Assembly: GCA_965240325.2 (NCBI GenBank)
Contig: OZ251228.1
Coordinates: forward strand, 1,054,001-1,118,000
Reading direction: 5' to 3'
Origin: Rebecca billardiae RCC1528
Taxonomy: Eukaryota; Protista; Haptophyta
DNA: 64,000 bases
The stretch's first letter is position 1. Each line of letters opens with the position of its first letter. The notes beneath the pieces were generated by a model. The model saw nothing but the letters and a program-made list of their open reading frames with translations, did no database searches and had not been told where the DNA came from. A program made the position numbers and the translations under genes. Positions 1-12,000 of this stretch are shown here, piece after piece.

Positions 1-3000
1 GTGGGCGGCGCGCCACCGGCCTCAGCTCGGATATGGGCATCGAGGCGCGCCAAGCGCTCGAGTGGCGGCATTGTGACGGTGCTGGCGGCAGCCGTACTCG
101 AGCGCGCTCGAGCCGTGCCCGTGCGAGCCGACGGTATCCGCACCGCCACGTCTCGCGCACTTCGAAGCCCACCGCGCCCATCCCACCAGCGCACGGGCGC
201 ACGGGCGCACGGGCGCACGGGCGCACGGGCGCGCCGGGTGGGCGGCGCGCCACCAGCCTCAGCTCGGATATGGGCATCGAGGCGCGCCAAGCGCTCGAGT
301 GGCGGCATTGTGACGGTGCTGGCGGCAGCCGTACTCGAGCGCGCTCGAGCCGTGCCCGTGCGAGCCGACGGTATCCGCACCGCCACGTCTCGCGCACTTC
401 GAAGCCCACCGCGCCCATCCCACCAGCGCACGGGCGCACGGGCGCACGGGCGCACGGGCGCGCCGGGTGGGCGGCGCGCGACCAGCCTCAGCTCGGATAT
501 GGGCATCGAGGCGCGCCAAGCGCTCGAGTGGCGGCACTTGACGGTGCTGGCAGCAGCCGTACTCGAGCGCGCTCGAGCCGTGCCCGTGCGAGCCGACGGT
601 ATCCGCACCGCCACGTCTCGCGCACTTCGAAGCCCACCGCGCCCATCCCACCAGCGCACGGGCGCACGGGCGCACGGGCGCACGGGCGCGCCGGGTGGGC
701 GGCGCGCCACCAGCCTCAGCTCGGATATGGGCATCGAGGCGCGCCAAGCGCTCGAGTGGCGGAACTTGACGGTGCTGGCAGCAGCCGTACTCGAGCGCGC
801 TCGAGCCGTGCCCGTGCGAGCCGACGGTATCCGCACCGCCACGTCTCGCGCACTTCGAAGCCCACCGCGCCCATCCCACCAGCGCACGGGCGCACGGGCG
901 CACGGGCGCACGGGCGCACGGGCGCGCCGGGTGGGCGGCGCGCCACCAGCCCCAGCTCGGATATGGGCATCGAGGCGCGCCAAGCGCTCGAGTGGCGGAA
1001 CTTGACGGTGCTGGCAGCAGCCGTACTCGGGCGCGCTCGAGCCGTGCCCGTGCGAGCCGACGGTATCCGCACCGCCACGTCTCGCGCACTTCGAAGCCCA
1101 CCGCGCCCATCCCACCAGCGCACGGGCGCACGGGCGCACGGGCGCACCGGCGCGCCGGGTGGGCGGCGCGCCACCAGCCTCAGCTCGGATATGGGCATCG
1201 AGGCGCGCCAAGCGCTCGAGTGGCGGCATTGTGACGGTGCTGGCGGCAGCCGTACTCGAGCGCGCTCGAGCCGTGCCCGTGCGAGCCGACGGTATCCGCA
1301 CCGCCACGTCTCGCGCACTTCGAAGCCCACCGCGCCCATCCCACCAGCGCACGGGCGCACGGGCGCACGGGCGCACGGGCGCGCCGGGTGGGCGGCGCGC
1401 CACCAGCCTCAGCTCGGATATGGGCATCGAGGCGCGCCAAGCGCTCGAGTGGCGGCATTGTGACGGTGCTGGCGGCAGCCGTACTCGAGCGCGCTCGAGC
1501 CGTGCCCGTGCGAGCCGACGGTATCCGCACCGCCACGTCTCGCGCACTTCGAAGCCCACCGCGCCCATCCCACCAGCGCACGGGCGCACGGGCGCACGGG
1601 CGCACGGGCGCACGGGCGCGCCGGGTGGGCGGCGCGCGACCAGCCTCAGCTCGGATATGGGGATCGAGGCGCGCCAAGCGCTCGTGTGGCGGCACTTGAC
1701 GGTGCTGGCAGCAGCCGTACTCGAGCGCGCTCGAGCCGTGCCCGTGCGAGCCGACGGTATCCGCACCGCCACGTCTCGCGCACTTCGAAGCCCACCGCGC
1801 CCATCCCACCAGCGCACGGGCGCACGGGCGCACGGGCGCACGGGCGCGCCGGGTGGGCGGCGCGCCACCAGCCTCAGCTCGGATATGGGCATCGAGGCGC
1901 GCCAAGCGCTCGAGTGGCGGAACTTGACGGTGCTGGCAGCAGCCGTACTCGGGCGCGCTCGAGCCGTGCCCGTGCGAGCCGACGGTATCCGCACCGCCAC
2001 GTCTCGCGCACTTCGAAGCCCACCGCGCCCATCCCACCAGCGCACGGGCGCACGGGCGCACGGGCGCACGGGCGCGCCGGGTGGGCGGCGCGCCACCAGC
2101 CTCAGCTCGGATATGGGCATCGAGGCGCGCCAAGCGCTCGAGTGGCGGAACTTGACGGTGCTGGCAGCAGCCGTACTCGGGCGCGCTCGAGCCGTGCCCG
2201 TGCGAGCCGACGGTATCCGCACCGCCACGTCTCGCGCACTTCGAAGCCCACCGCGCCCATCCCACCAGCGCACGGGCGCACGGGCGCACGGGCGCACCGG
2301 CGCGCCGGGTGGGCGGCGCGCCACCAGCCTCAGCTCGGATATGGGCATCGAGGCGCGCCAAGCGCTCGAGTGGCGGAACTTGACGGTGCTGGCAGCAGCC
2401 GTACTCGGGCGCGCTCGAGCCGTGCCCGTGCGAGCCGACGGTATCCGCACCGCCACGTCTCGCGCACTTCGAAGCCCACCGCGCCCATCCCACCAGCGCA
2501 CGGGCGCACGGGCGCACGGGCGCACGGGCGCGCCGGGTGGGCGGCGCGCCACCAGCCTCAGCTCGGATATGGGCATCGAGGCGCGCCAAGCGCTCGAGTG
2601 GCGGAACTTGACGGTGCTGGCAGCAGCCGTACTCGAGCGCGCTCGAGCCGTGCCCGTGCGAGCCGACGGTATCCGCACCGCCACGTCTCGCGCACTTCGA
2701 AGCCCACCGCGCCCATCCCACCAGCGCACGGGCGCACGGGCGCACGGGCGCACGGGCGCACGGGCGCGCCGGGTGGGCGGCGCGCGACCAGCCTCAGCTC
2801 GGATATGGGGATCGAGGCGCGCCAAGCGCTCGTGTGGCGGCACTTGACGGTGCTGGCAGCAGCCGTACTCGAGCGCGCTCGAGCCGTGCCCGTGCGAGCC
2901 GACGGTATCCGCACCGCCACGTCTCGCGCACTTCGAAGCCCACCGCGCCCATCCCACCAGCGCACGGGCGCACGGGCGCACGGGCGCACGGGCGCGCCGG

Positions 3001-6000
3001 GTGGGCGGCGCGCCACCAGCCTCAGCTCGGATATGGGCATCGAGGCGCGCCAAGCGCTCGAGTGGCGGAACTTGACGGTGCTGGCAGCAGCCGTACTCGG
3101 GCGCGCTCGAGCCGTGCCCGTGCGAGCCGACGGTATCCGCACCGCCACGTCTCGCGCACTTCGAATCCCACCGCGCCCATCCCACCAGCGCACGGGCGCA
3201 CGGGCGCACGGGCGCACGGGCGCGCCGGGTGGGCGGCGCGCCACCAGCCTCAGCTCGGATATGGGCATCGAGGCGCGCCAAGCGCTCGAGTGGCGGAACT
3301 TGACGGTGCTGGCAGCAGCCGTACTCGGGCGCGCTCGAGCCGTGCCCTTGCGAGCCGACGGTATCCGCACCGCCACGTCTCGCGCACTTCGAAGCCCACC
3401 GCGCCCATCCCACCAGCGCACGGGCGCACGGGCGCACGGGCGCACGGGCGCGCCGGGTGGGCGGCGCGCCACCAGCCTCAGCTCGGATATGGGGATCGAG
3501 GCGCGCCAAGCGCTCGAGTGGCGGCACTTGACGGTGCTGGCAGCAGCCGTACTCGAGCGCGCTCGAGCCGTGCCCGTGCGAGCCGACGGTATCCGCACCG
3601 CCACGTCTCGCGCACTTCGAAGCCCACCGCGCCCATCCCACCAGCGCACGGGCGCACGGGCGCACGGGCGCACGGGCGCGCCGGGTGGGCGGCGCGCGAC
3701 CAGCCTCAGCTCGGATATGGGCATCGAGGCGCGCCAAGCGCTCGTGTGGCGGCACTTGACGGTGCTGGCAGCAGCCGTACTCGAGCGCGCTCGAGCCGTG
3801 CCCGTGCGAGCCGACGGTATCCGCACCGCCACGTCTCGCGCACTTCGAAGCCCACCGCGCCCATCCCACCAGCGCACGGGCGCACGGGCGCACGGGCGCA
3901 CGGGCGCGCCGGGTGGGCGGCGCGCCACCAGCCTCAGCTCGGATATGGGCATCGAGGCGCGCCAAGCGCTCGAGTGGCGGAACTTGACGGTGCTGGCAGC
4001 AGCCGTACTCGAGCGCGCTCGAGCCGTGCCCGTGCGAGCCGACGGTATCCGCACCGCCACGTCTCGCGCACTTCGAAGCCCACCGCGCCCATCCCACCAG
4101 CGCACGGGCGCACGGGCGCACGGGCGCACGGGCGCGCCGGGTGGGCGGCGCGCCACCAGCCTCAGCTCGGATATGGGCATCGAGGCGCGCCAAGCGCTCG
4201 AGTGGTGGAACTTGACGGTGCTGGCAGCAGCCGTACTCGAGCGCGCTCGAGCCGTGCCCGTGCGAGCCGACGGTATCCGCACCGCCACGTCTCGCGCACT
4301 TCGAAGCCCACCGCGCCCATCCCACCAGCGCACGGGCGCACGGGCGCACGGGCGCACGGGCGCGCCGGGTGGGCGGCGCGCCACCAGCCTCAGCTCGGAT
4401 ATGGGGATCGAAGCGCGCCAAGCGCTCGTGTGGCGGAACTTGACGGTGCTGGCAGCCGCCGTACTCGAGCGCGCTCGAGCCGTGCCCGTGCGAGCCGACG
4501 GTATCCGCACCGCCACGTCTCGCGCACTTCGAAGCCCACCGCGCCCATCCCACCAGCGCACGGGCGCACGGGCGCACGGGCGCACGGGCGCGCCGGGTGG
4601 GCGGCGCGCCACCAGCCTCAGCTCGGATATGGGCATCGAGGCGCGCCAAGCGCTCGAGTGGCGGAACTTGACGGTGCTGGCAGCAGCCGTACTCGGGCGC
4701 GCTCGAGCCGTGCCCTTGCGAGCCGACGGTATCCGCACCGCCACGTCTCGCGCACTTCGAAGCCCACCGCGCCCATCCCACCAGCGCACGGGCGCACGGG
4801 CGCACGGGCGCACGGGCGCGCCGGGTGGGCGGCGCGCCACCAGCCTCAGCTCGGATATGGGGATCGAGGCGCGCCAAGCGCTCGAGTGGCGGCACTTGAC
4901 GGTGCTGGCAGCAGCCGTACTCGAGCGCGCTCGAGCCGTGCCCGTGCGAGCCGACGGTATCCGCACCGCCACGTCTCGCGCACTTCGAAGCCCACCGCGC
5001 CCATCCCACCAGCGCACGGGCGCACGGGCGCACGGGCGCACGGGCGCGCCGGGTGGGCGGCGCGCGACCAGCCTCAGCTCGGATATGGGCATCGAGGCGC
5101 GCCAAGCGCTCGTGTGGCGGCACTTGACGGTGCTGGCAGCAGCCGTACTCGAGCGCGCTCGAGCCGTGCCCGTGCGAGCCGACGGTATCCGCACCGCCAC
5201 GTCTCGCGCACTTCGAAGCCCACCGCGCCCATCCCACCAGCGCACGGGCGCACGGGCGCACGGGCGCACGGGCGCGCCGGGTGGGCGGCGCGCCACCAGC
5301 CTCAGCTCGGATATGGGCATCGAGGCGCGCCAAGCGCTCGAGTGGCGGAACTTGACGGTGCTGGCAGCAGCCGTACTCGAGCGCGCTCGAGCCGTGCCCG
5401 TGCGAGCCGACGGTATCCGCACCGCCACGTCTCGCGCACTTCGAAGCCCACCGCGCCCATCCCACCAGCGCACGGGCGCACGGGCGCACGGGCGCACGGG
5501 CGCGCCGGGTGGGCGGCGCGCCACCAGCCTCAGCTCGGATATGGGCATCGAGGCGCGCCAAGCGCTCGAGTGGTGGAACTTGACGGTGCTGGCAGCAGCC
5601 GTACTCGAGCGCGCTCGAGCCGTGCCCGTGCGAGCCGACGGTATCCGCACCGCCACGTCTCGCGCACTTCGAAGCCCACCGCGCCCATCCCACCAGCGCA
5701 CGGGCGCACGGGCGCACGGGCGCACGGGCGCGCCGGGTGGGCGGCGCGCCACCAGCCTCAGCTCGGATATGGGGATCGAAGCGCGCCAAGCGCTCGTGTG
5801 GCGGAACTTGACGGTGCTGGCAGCCGCCGTACTCGAGCGCGCTCGAGCCGTGCCCGTGCGAGCCGACGGTATCCGCACCGCCACGTCTCGCGCACTTCGA
5901 AGCCCACCGCGCCCATCCCACCAGCGCACGGGCGCACGGGTGCACGGGCGCACGGGCGCGCCGGGTGGGCGGCGCGCCACCAGCCTCAGCTCGGATATGG

Positions 6001-9000
6001 GGATCGAGGCGCGCCAAGCGCTCGAGTGGCGGAACTTGACGGTGCTGGCAGCCGCCGTACTCGAGCGCGCTCGAGCCGTGCCCGTGCGAGCCGACGGTAT
6101 CCGCACCGCCACGTCTCGCGCACTTCGAAGCCCACCGCGCCCATCCCACCAGCGCACGGGCGCACGGGCGCACGGGCGCACCGGCGCGCCGGGTGGGCGG
6201 CGCGCCACCAGCCTCAGCTCGGATATGGGGATCGAGGCGCGCCAAGCGCTCGATTGGCGGCATCGTGACGGTGCTGGCGGCAGCCGTACTCGAGCGCGCT
6301 CGAGCCGTGCCCGTGCGAGCCGACGGTATCCGCACCGCCACGTCTCGCGCACTTCGAAGCCCACCGCGCCCATCCCACCAGCGCACGGGCGCACGGGCGC
6401 ACGGGCGCACGGGCGCGCCGGGTGGGCGGCGCGCCACCAGCCTCAGCTCGGATATGGGGATCGAGGCGCGCCAAGCGCTCGTGTGGCGGCACTTGACGGT
6501 GCTGGCAGCAGCCGTACTCGAGCGCGCTCGAGCCGTGCCCGTGCGAGCCGACGGTATCCGCACCGCCACGTCTCGCGCACTTCGAAGCCCACCGCGCCCA
6601 TCCCACCAGCGCACGGGCGCACGGGCGCACGGGCGCACGGGCGCACCGGCGCGCCGGGTGGGCGGCGCGCCACCAGCCTCAGCTCGAATATGGGCATCGA
6701 GGCGCGCCAAGCGCTCGTGTGGCGGCACTTGACGGTGCTGGCAGCAGCCGTACTCGAGCGCGCTCGAGCCGTGCCCGTGCGAGCCGACGGTATCCGCACC
6801 GCCACGTCTCGCGCACTTCGAAGCCCACCGCGCCCATCCCACCAGCGCACGGGCGCACGGGCGCACGGGCGCACCGGTGCTCCGGGTGGGCGGCGCGCAA
6901 CCAGCCTCAGCTCGGATATGGGCATCGAGGCGCGCCAAGCGCTCGAGTGGCGGAACTTGACGGTGCTGGCATCAGCCGTACTCGAGTGCGCTCGAGCCGT
7001 GCCCGTGCGAGCCGACGGTATCCGCACCGCCACGTCTCGCGCACTTCGAAGCCCACCGCGCCCATCCCACCAGCGCACGGGCGCACGGGCGCACGGGCGC
7101 ACGGGCGCACCGGCGCGCCGGGTGGGCGGCGCGCCACCAGCCTCAGCTCGGATATGGGGATCGAGGCGCGCCAAGCGCTCGAGTGGCGGCATTGTGACGG
7201 TGCTGGCGGCAGCCGTACTCGAGCGCGCTCGAGCCGTGCCCGTGCGAGCCGACGGTATCCGCACCGCCACGTCTCGCGCACTTCGAAGCCCACCGCGCCC
7301 ATCCCACCAGCGCACGGGCGCACGGGCGCACGGGCGCACCGGCGCGCCGGGTGGGCGGCGCGCCACCAGCCTCAGCTCGGATATGGGGATCGAAACGCGC
7401 CAAGCGCTCGTGTGGCGGAACTTGACGGTGCTGGGAGCAGCCGTACTTGAGCGCGCTCGAGCCGTGCCCGTGCGAGCCGACGGTATCCGCACCGCCACGT
7501 CTCGCGCACTTCGAAGCCCACCGCGCCCATCCCACCAGCGCACGGGCGCACGGGCGCACGGGCGCACGGGCGCACCGGCGCGCCGGGTGGGCGGCGCGCC
7601 ACCAGCCTCAGCTCGGATATGGGCATCGAGGCGCGCCAAGCGCTCGAGTGGCGGCATCGTGACGGTGCTGGCGGCAGCCGTGCTCGAGCGCGCTCGAGCC
7701 GTGCCCGTGCGAGCCGACGGTATCCGCACCGCCACGTCTCGCGCACTTCGAAGCCCACCGCGCCCATCCCACCAGCGCACGGGCGCACGGGCGCACGGGC
7801 GCACGGGCGCGCCGGGTGGGCGGCGCGCCACCAGCCTCAGCTCGGATATGGGCATCGAGGCGCGCCAAGCGCTCGAGTGGCGGAACTTGACGGTGCTGGC
7901 AGCAGCCGTACTCGAGCGCGCTCGAGCCGTGCCCGTGCGACCCGACGGTATCCGCACCGCCACGTCTCGCGCACTTCGAAGCCCACCGCGCCCATCCCAC
8001 CAGCGCACGGGCGCACGGGCGCACGGGCGCACGGGCGCACGGGCGCGCCGGGTGGGCGGTGCGCCACCGGCCTCAGCTCGGATATGGGCATCGAGGCGCG
8101 CCAAGCGCTCGAGTGGCGGCATTGTGACGGTGCTGGCGGCAGCCGTACTCGAGCGCGCTCGAGCCGTGCCCGTGCGAGCCGACGGTATCCGCACCGCCAC
8201 GTCTCGCGCACTTCGAAGCCCACCGCGCCCATCCCACCAGCGCACGGGCGCACGGGCGCACGGGCGCACCGGCGCGCCGGGTGGGCGGCGCGCCACCAGC
8301 CTCAGCTCGGATATGGGCATCGAGGCGCGCCAAGCGCTCGAGTGGCGGAACTTGACGGTGCTGGCAGCAGCCGTACTCGAGCGCGCTCGAGCCGTGCCCG
8401 TGCGAGCCGACGGTATCCGCACCGCCACGTCTCGCGCACTTCGAAGCCCACCGCGCCCATCCCACCAGCGCACGGGCGCACGGGCGCACGGGCGCACGGG
8501 CGCGCCGGGTGGGCGGTGCGCCACCAGCCTCAGCTCGGATATGGGGATCGAGGCGCGCCAAGCGCTCGAGTGGCGGCATTGTGACGGTGCTGGCGGCAGC
8601 CGTACTCGAGCGCGCTCGAGCCGTGCCCGTGCGAGCCGACGGTATCCGCACCGCCACGTCTCGCGCACTTCGAAGCCCACCGCGCCCATCCCACCAGCGC
8701 ACGGGCGCACGGGCGCACGGGCGCACCGGCGCGCCGGGTGGGCGGCGCGCCACCAGCCTCAGCTCGGATATGGGCATCGAGGCGCGCCAAGCGCTCGAGT
8801 GGCGGAACTTGACGGTGCTGGCAGCAGCCGTACTCGAGCGCGCTCGAGCCGTGCCCGTGCGAGCCGACGGTATCCGCACCGCCACGTCTCGCGCACTTCG
8901 AAGCCCACCGCGCCCATCCCACCAGCGCACGGGCGCACGGGCGCACGGGCGCACGGGCGCGCCGGGTGGGCGGCGCGCCACCAGCCTCAGCTCGGATATG

Positions 9001-12000
9001 GGCATCGAGGCGCGCCAAGCGCTCGAGTGGCGGCATTGTGACGGTGCTGGCGGCAGCCGTACTCGAGCGCGCTCGAGCCGTGCCCGTGCGAGCCGACGGT
9101 ATCCGCACCGCCACGTCTCGCGCACTTCGAAGCCCACCGCGCCCATCCCACCAGCGCACGGGCGCACGGGCGCACGGGCGCACGGGCGCACGGGCGCGCC
9201 GGGTGGGCGGCGCGCCACCAGCCTCAGCTCGGATATGGGCATCGAGGCGCGCCAAGCGCTCGAGTGGCGGAACTTGACGGTGCTGGCAGCAGCCGTACTC
9301 GAGCGCGCTCGAGCCGTGCCCGTGCGAGCCGACGGTATCCGCACCGCCACGTCTCGCGCACTTCGAAGCCCACCGCGCCCATCCCACCAGCGCACGGGCG
9401 CACGGGCGCACGGGCGCACGGGCGCACCGGCGCGCCGGGTGGGCGGCGCGCCACCAGCCTCAGCTCGGATATGGGCATCGAGGCGCGCCAAGCGCTCGAG
9501 TGGCGGAACTTGACGGTGCTGGCAGCAGCCGTACTCGAGCGCGCTCGAGCCGTGCCCGTGCGAGCCGACGGTATCCGCACCGCCACGTCTCGCGCACTTC
9601 GAAGCCCACCGCGCCCATCCCACCAGCGCACGGGCGCACGGGCGCACGGGCGCACCGGCGCGCCGGGTGGGCGGCGCGCCACCAGCCTCAGCTCGGATAT
9701 GGGCATCGAGGCGCGCCAAGCGCTCGAGTGGTGGAACTTGACGGTGCTGGCAGCAGCCGTACTCGAGCGCGCTCGAGCCGTGCCCGTGCGAGCCGACGGT
9801 ATCCGCACCGCCACGTCTCGCGCACTTCGAAGCCCACCGCGCCCATCCCACCAGCGCACGGGCGCACGGGCGCACGGGCGCACCGGCGCGCCGGGTGGGC
9901 GGCGCGCCACCAGCCTCAGCTCGGATATGGGCATCGAGGCGCGCCAAGCGCTCGAGTGTCAGAACTTGACGGTGCTGGCAGCAGCCGTACTCGAGCGCGC
10001 TCGAGCCGTGCCCGTGCGACCCGACGGTATCCGCACCGCCACGTCTCGCGCACTTCGAAGCCCACCGCGCCCATCCCACCAGCGCACGGGCGCACGGGCG
10101 CACGGGCGCACGGGCGCGCCGGGTGGGCGGTGCGCCACCAGCCTCAGCTCGGATATGGGGATCGAGGCGCGCCAAGCGCTCGAGTGGCGGCATTGTGATG
10201 GTGCTGGCAGCAGCCGTACTCAAGCGCGCTCGAGCCGTGCCCGTGCGAGCCGACGGTATCCGCACCGCCACGTCTCGCGCACTTCGAAGCCCACCGCGCC
10301 CATCCCACCAGCGCACGGGCGCACGGGCGCACGGGCGCACCGGCGCGCCGGGTGGGCGGCGCGCGACCAGCCTCAGCTCGGATATGGGGATCGAGGCGCG
10401 CCAAGCGCTCGTGTGGCGGCACTTGACGGTGCTGGCAGCAGCCGTACTCGAGCGCGCTCGAGCCGTGCCCGTGCGAGCCGACGGTATCCGCACCGCCACG
10501 TCTCGCGCACTTCGAAGCCCACCGCGCCCATCCCACCAGCGCACGGGCGCACGGGCGCACGGGCGCACGGGCGCGCCGGGTGGGCGGCGCGCGACCAGCC
10601 TCAGCTCGGATATGGGCATCGAGGCGCGCCAAGCGCTCGAGTGGCGGCACTTGACGGTGCTGGCAGCAGCCGTACTCGAGCGCGCTCGAGCCGTGCCCGT
10701 GCGAGCCGACGGTATCCGCACCGCCACGTCTCGCGCACTTCGAAGCCCACCGCGCCCATCCCACCAGCGCACGGGCGCACGGGCGCACGGGCGCACGGGC
10801 GCACCGGCGCGCCGGGTGGGCGGCGCGCCACCAGCCTCAGCTCGGATATGGGCATCGAGGCGCGCCAAGCGCTCGAGTGGCGGCATTGTGACGGTGCTGG
10901 CAGCAGCCGTACTCGAGCGCGCTCGAGCCGTGCCCGTGCGAGCCGACGGTATCCGCACCGCCACGTCTCGCGCACTTCGAAGCCCACCGCGCCCATCCCA
11001 CCAGCGCACGGGCGCACGGGCGCACGGGCGCACGGGCGCACCGGCGCGCCGGGTGGGCGGCGCGCCACCGGCCTCAGCTCGGATATGGGCATCGAGGCGC
11101 GCCAAGCGCTCGAGTGGCGGCATTGTGACGGTGCTGGCGGCAGCCGTACTCGAGCGCGCTCGAGCCGTGCCCGTGCGAGCCGACGGTATCCGCACCGCCA
11201 CGTCTCGCGCACTTCGAAGCCCACCGCGCCCATCCCACCAGCGCACGGGCGCACGGGCGCACGGGCGCACGGGCGCACGGGCGCGCCGGGTGGGCGGCGC
11301 GCCACCAGCCTCAGCTCGGATATGGGCTTCGAGGCGCGCCAAGCGCTCGAGTGGCGGCATTGTGACGGTGCTGGTGGCAGCCGTACTCGAGCGCGCTCGA
11401 GCCGTGCCCGTGCGAGCCGACGGTATCCGCACCGCCACGTCTCGCGCACTTCGAAGCCCACCGCGCCCATCCCACCAGCGCACGGGCGCACGGGCGCACG
11501 GGCGCACGGGCGCGCCGGGTGGGCGGTGCGCCACCAGCCTCAGCTCGGATATGGGGATCGAGGCGCGCCAAGCGCTCGAGTGGCGGCATTGTGATGGTGC
11601 TGGCAGCAGCCGTACTCAAGCGCGCTCGAGCCGTGCCCGTGCGAGCCGACGGTATCCGCACCGCCACGTCTCGCGCACTTCGAAGCCCACCGCGCCCATC
11701 CCACCAGCGCACGGGCGCACGGGCGCACGGGCGCACGGGCGCGCCGGGTGGGCGGCGCGCCACCAGCCTCAGCTCGGATATGGGCATCGAGGCGCGCCAA
11801 GCGCTCGAGTGGCGGCATTGTGACGGTGCTGGCGGCAGCCGTACTCGAGCGCGCTCGAGCCGTGCCCGTGCGAGCCGACGGTATCCGCACCGCCACGTCT
11901 CGCGCACTTCGAAGCCCACCGCGCCCATCCCACCAGCGCACGGGCGCACGGGCGCACGGGCGCACGGGCGCGCCGGGTGGGCGGCGCGCCACCAGCCTCA

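Noticed and set aside
160-177. CENP-B box in the monomer
   Set aside because: TTCG is present, but the required A and CGGG at the correct spacing are not.
155-185. tRNA-like 3' half or Pol III B-box in the monomer (TTCGAAGCCCACCGCGCCCA; TTCGAATCCC variant at ~3160 and ~23419)
   Set aside because: The bases 5' of the putative T-loop (CGCAC) cannot pair with CCCAC, the invariant G before TTC is absent, and there is no D or anticodon arm. I also recognise no 5S rRNA, snRNA or spliced-leader sequence; an Rfam search would settle it.
189-230. Octamer GGGCGCAC as an interstitial telomere repeat
   Set aside because: It does not resemble TTAGGG-type repeats and occurs only as 3-5 copies embedded in the monomer.
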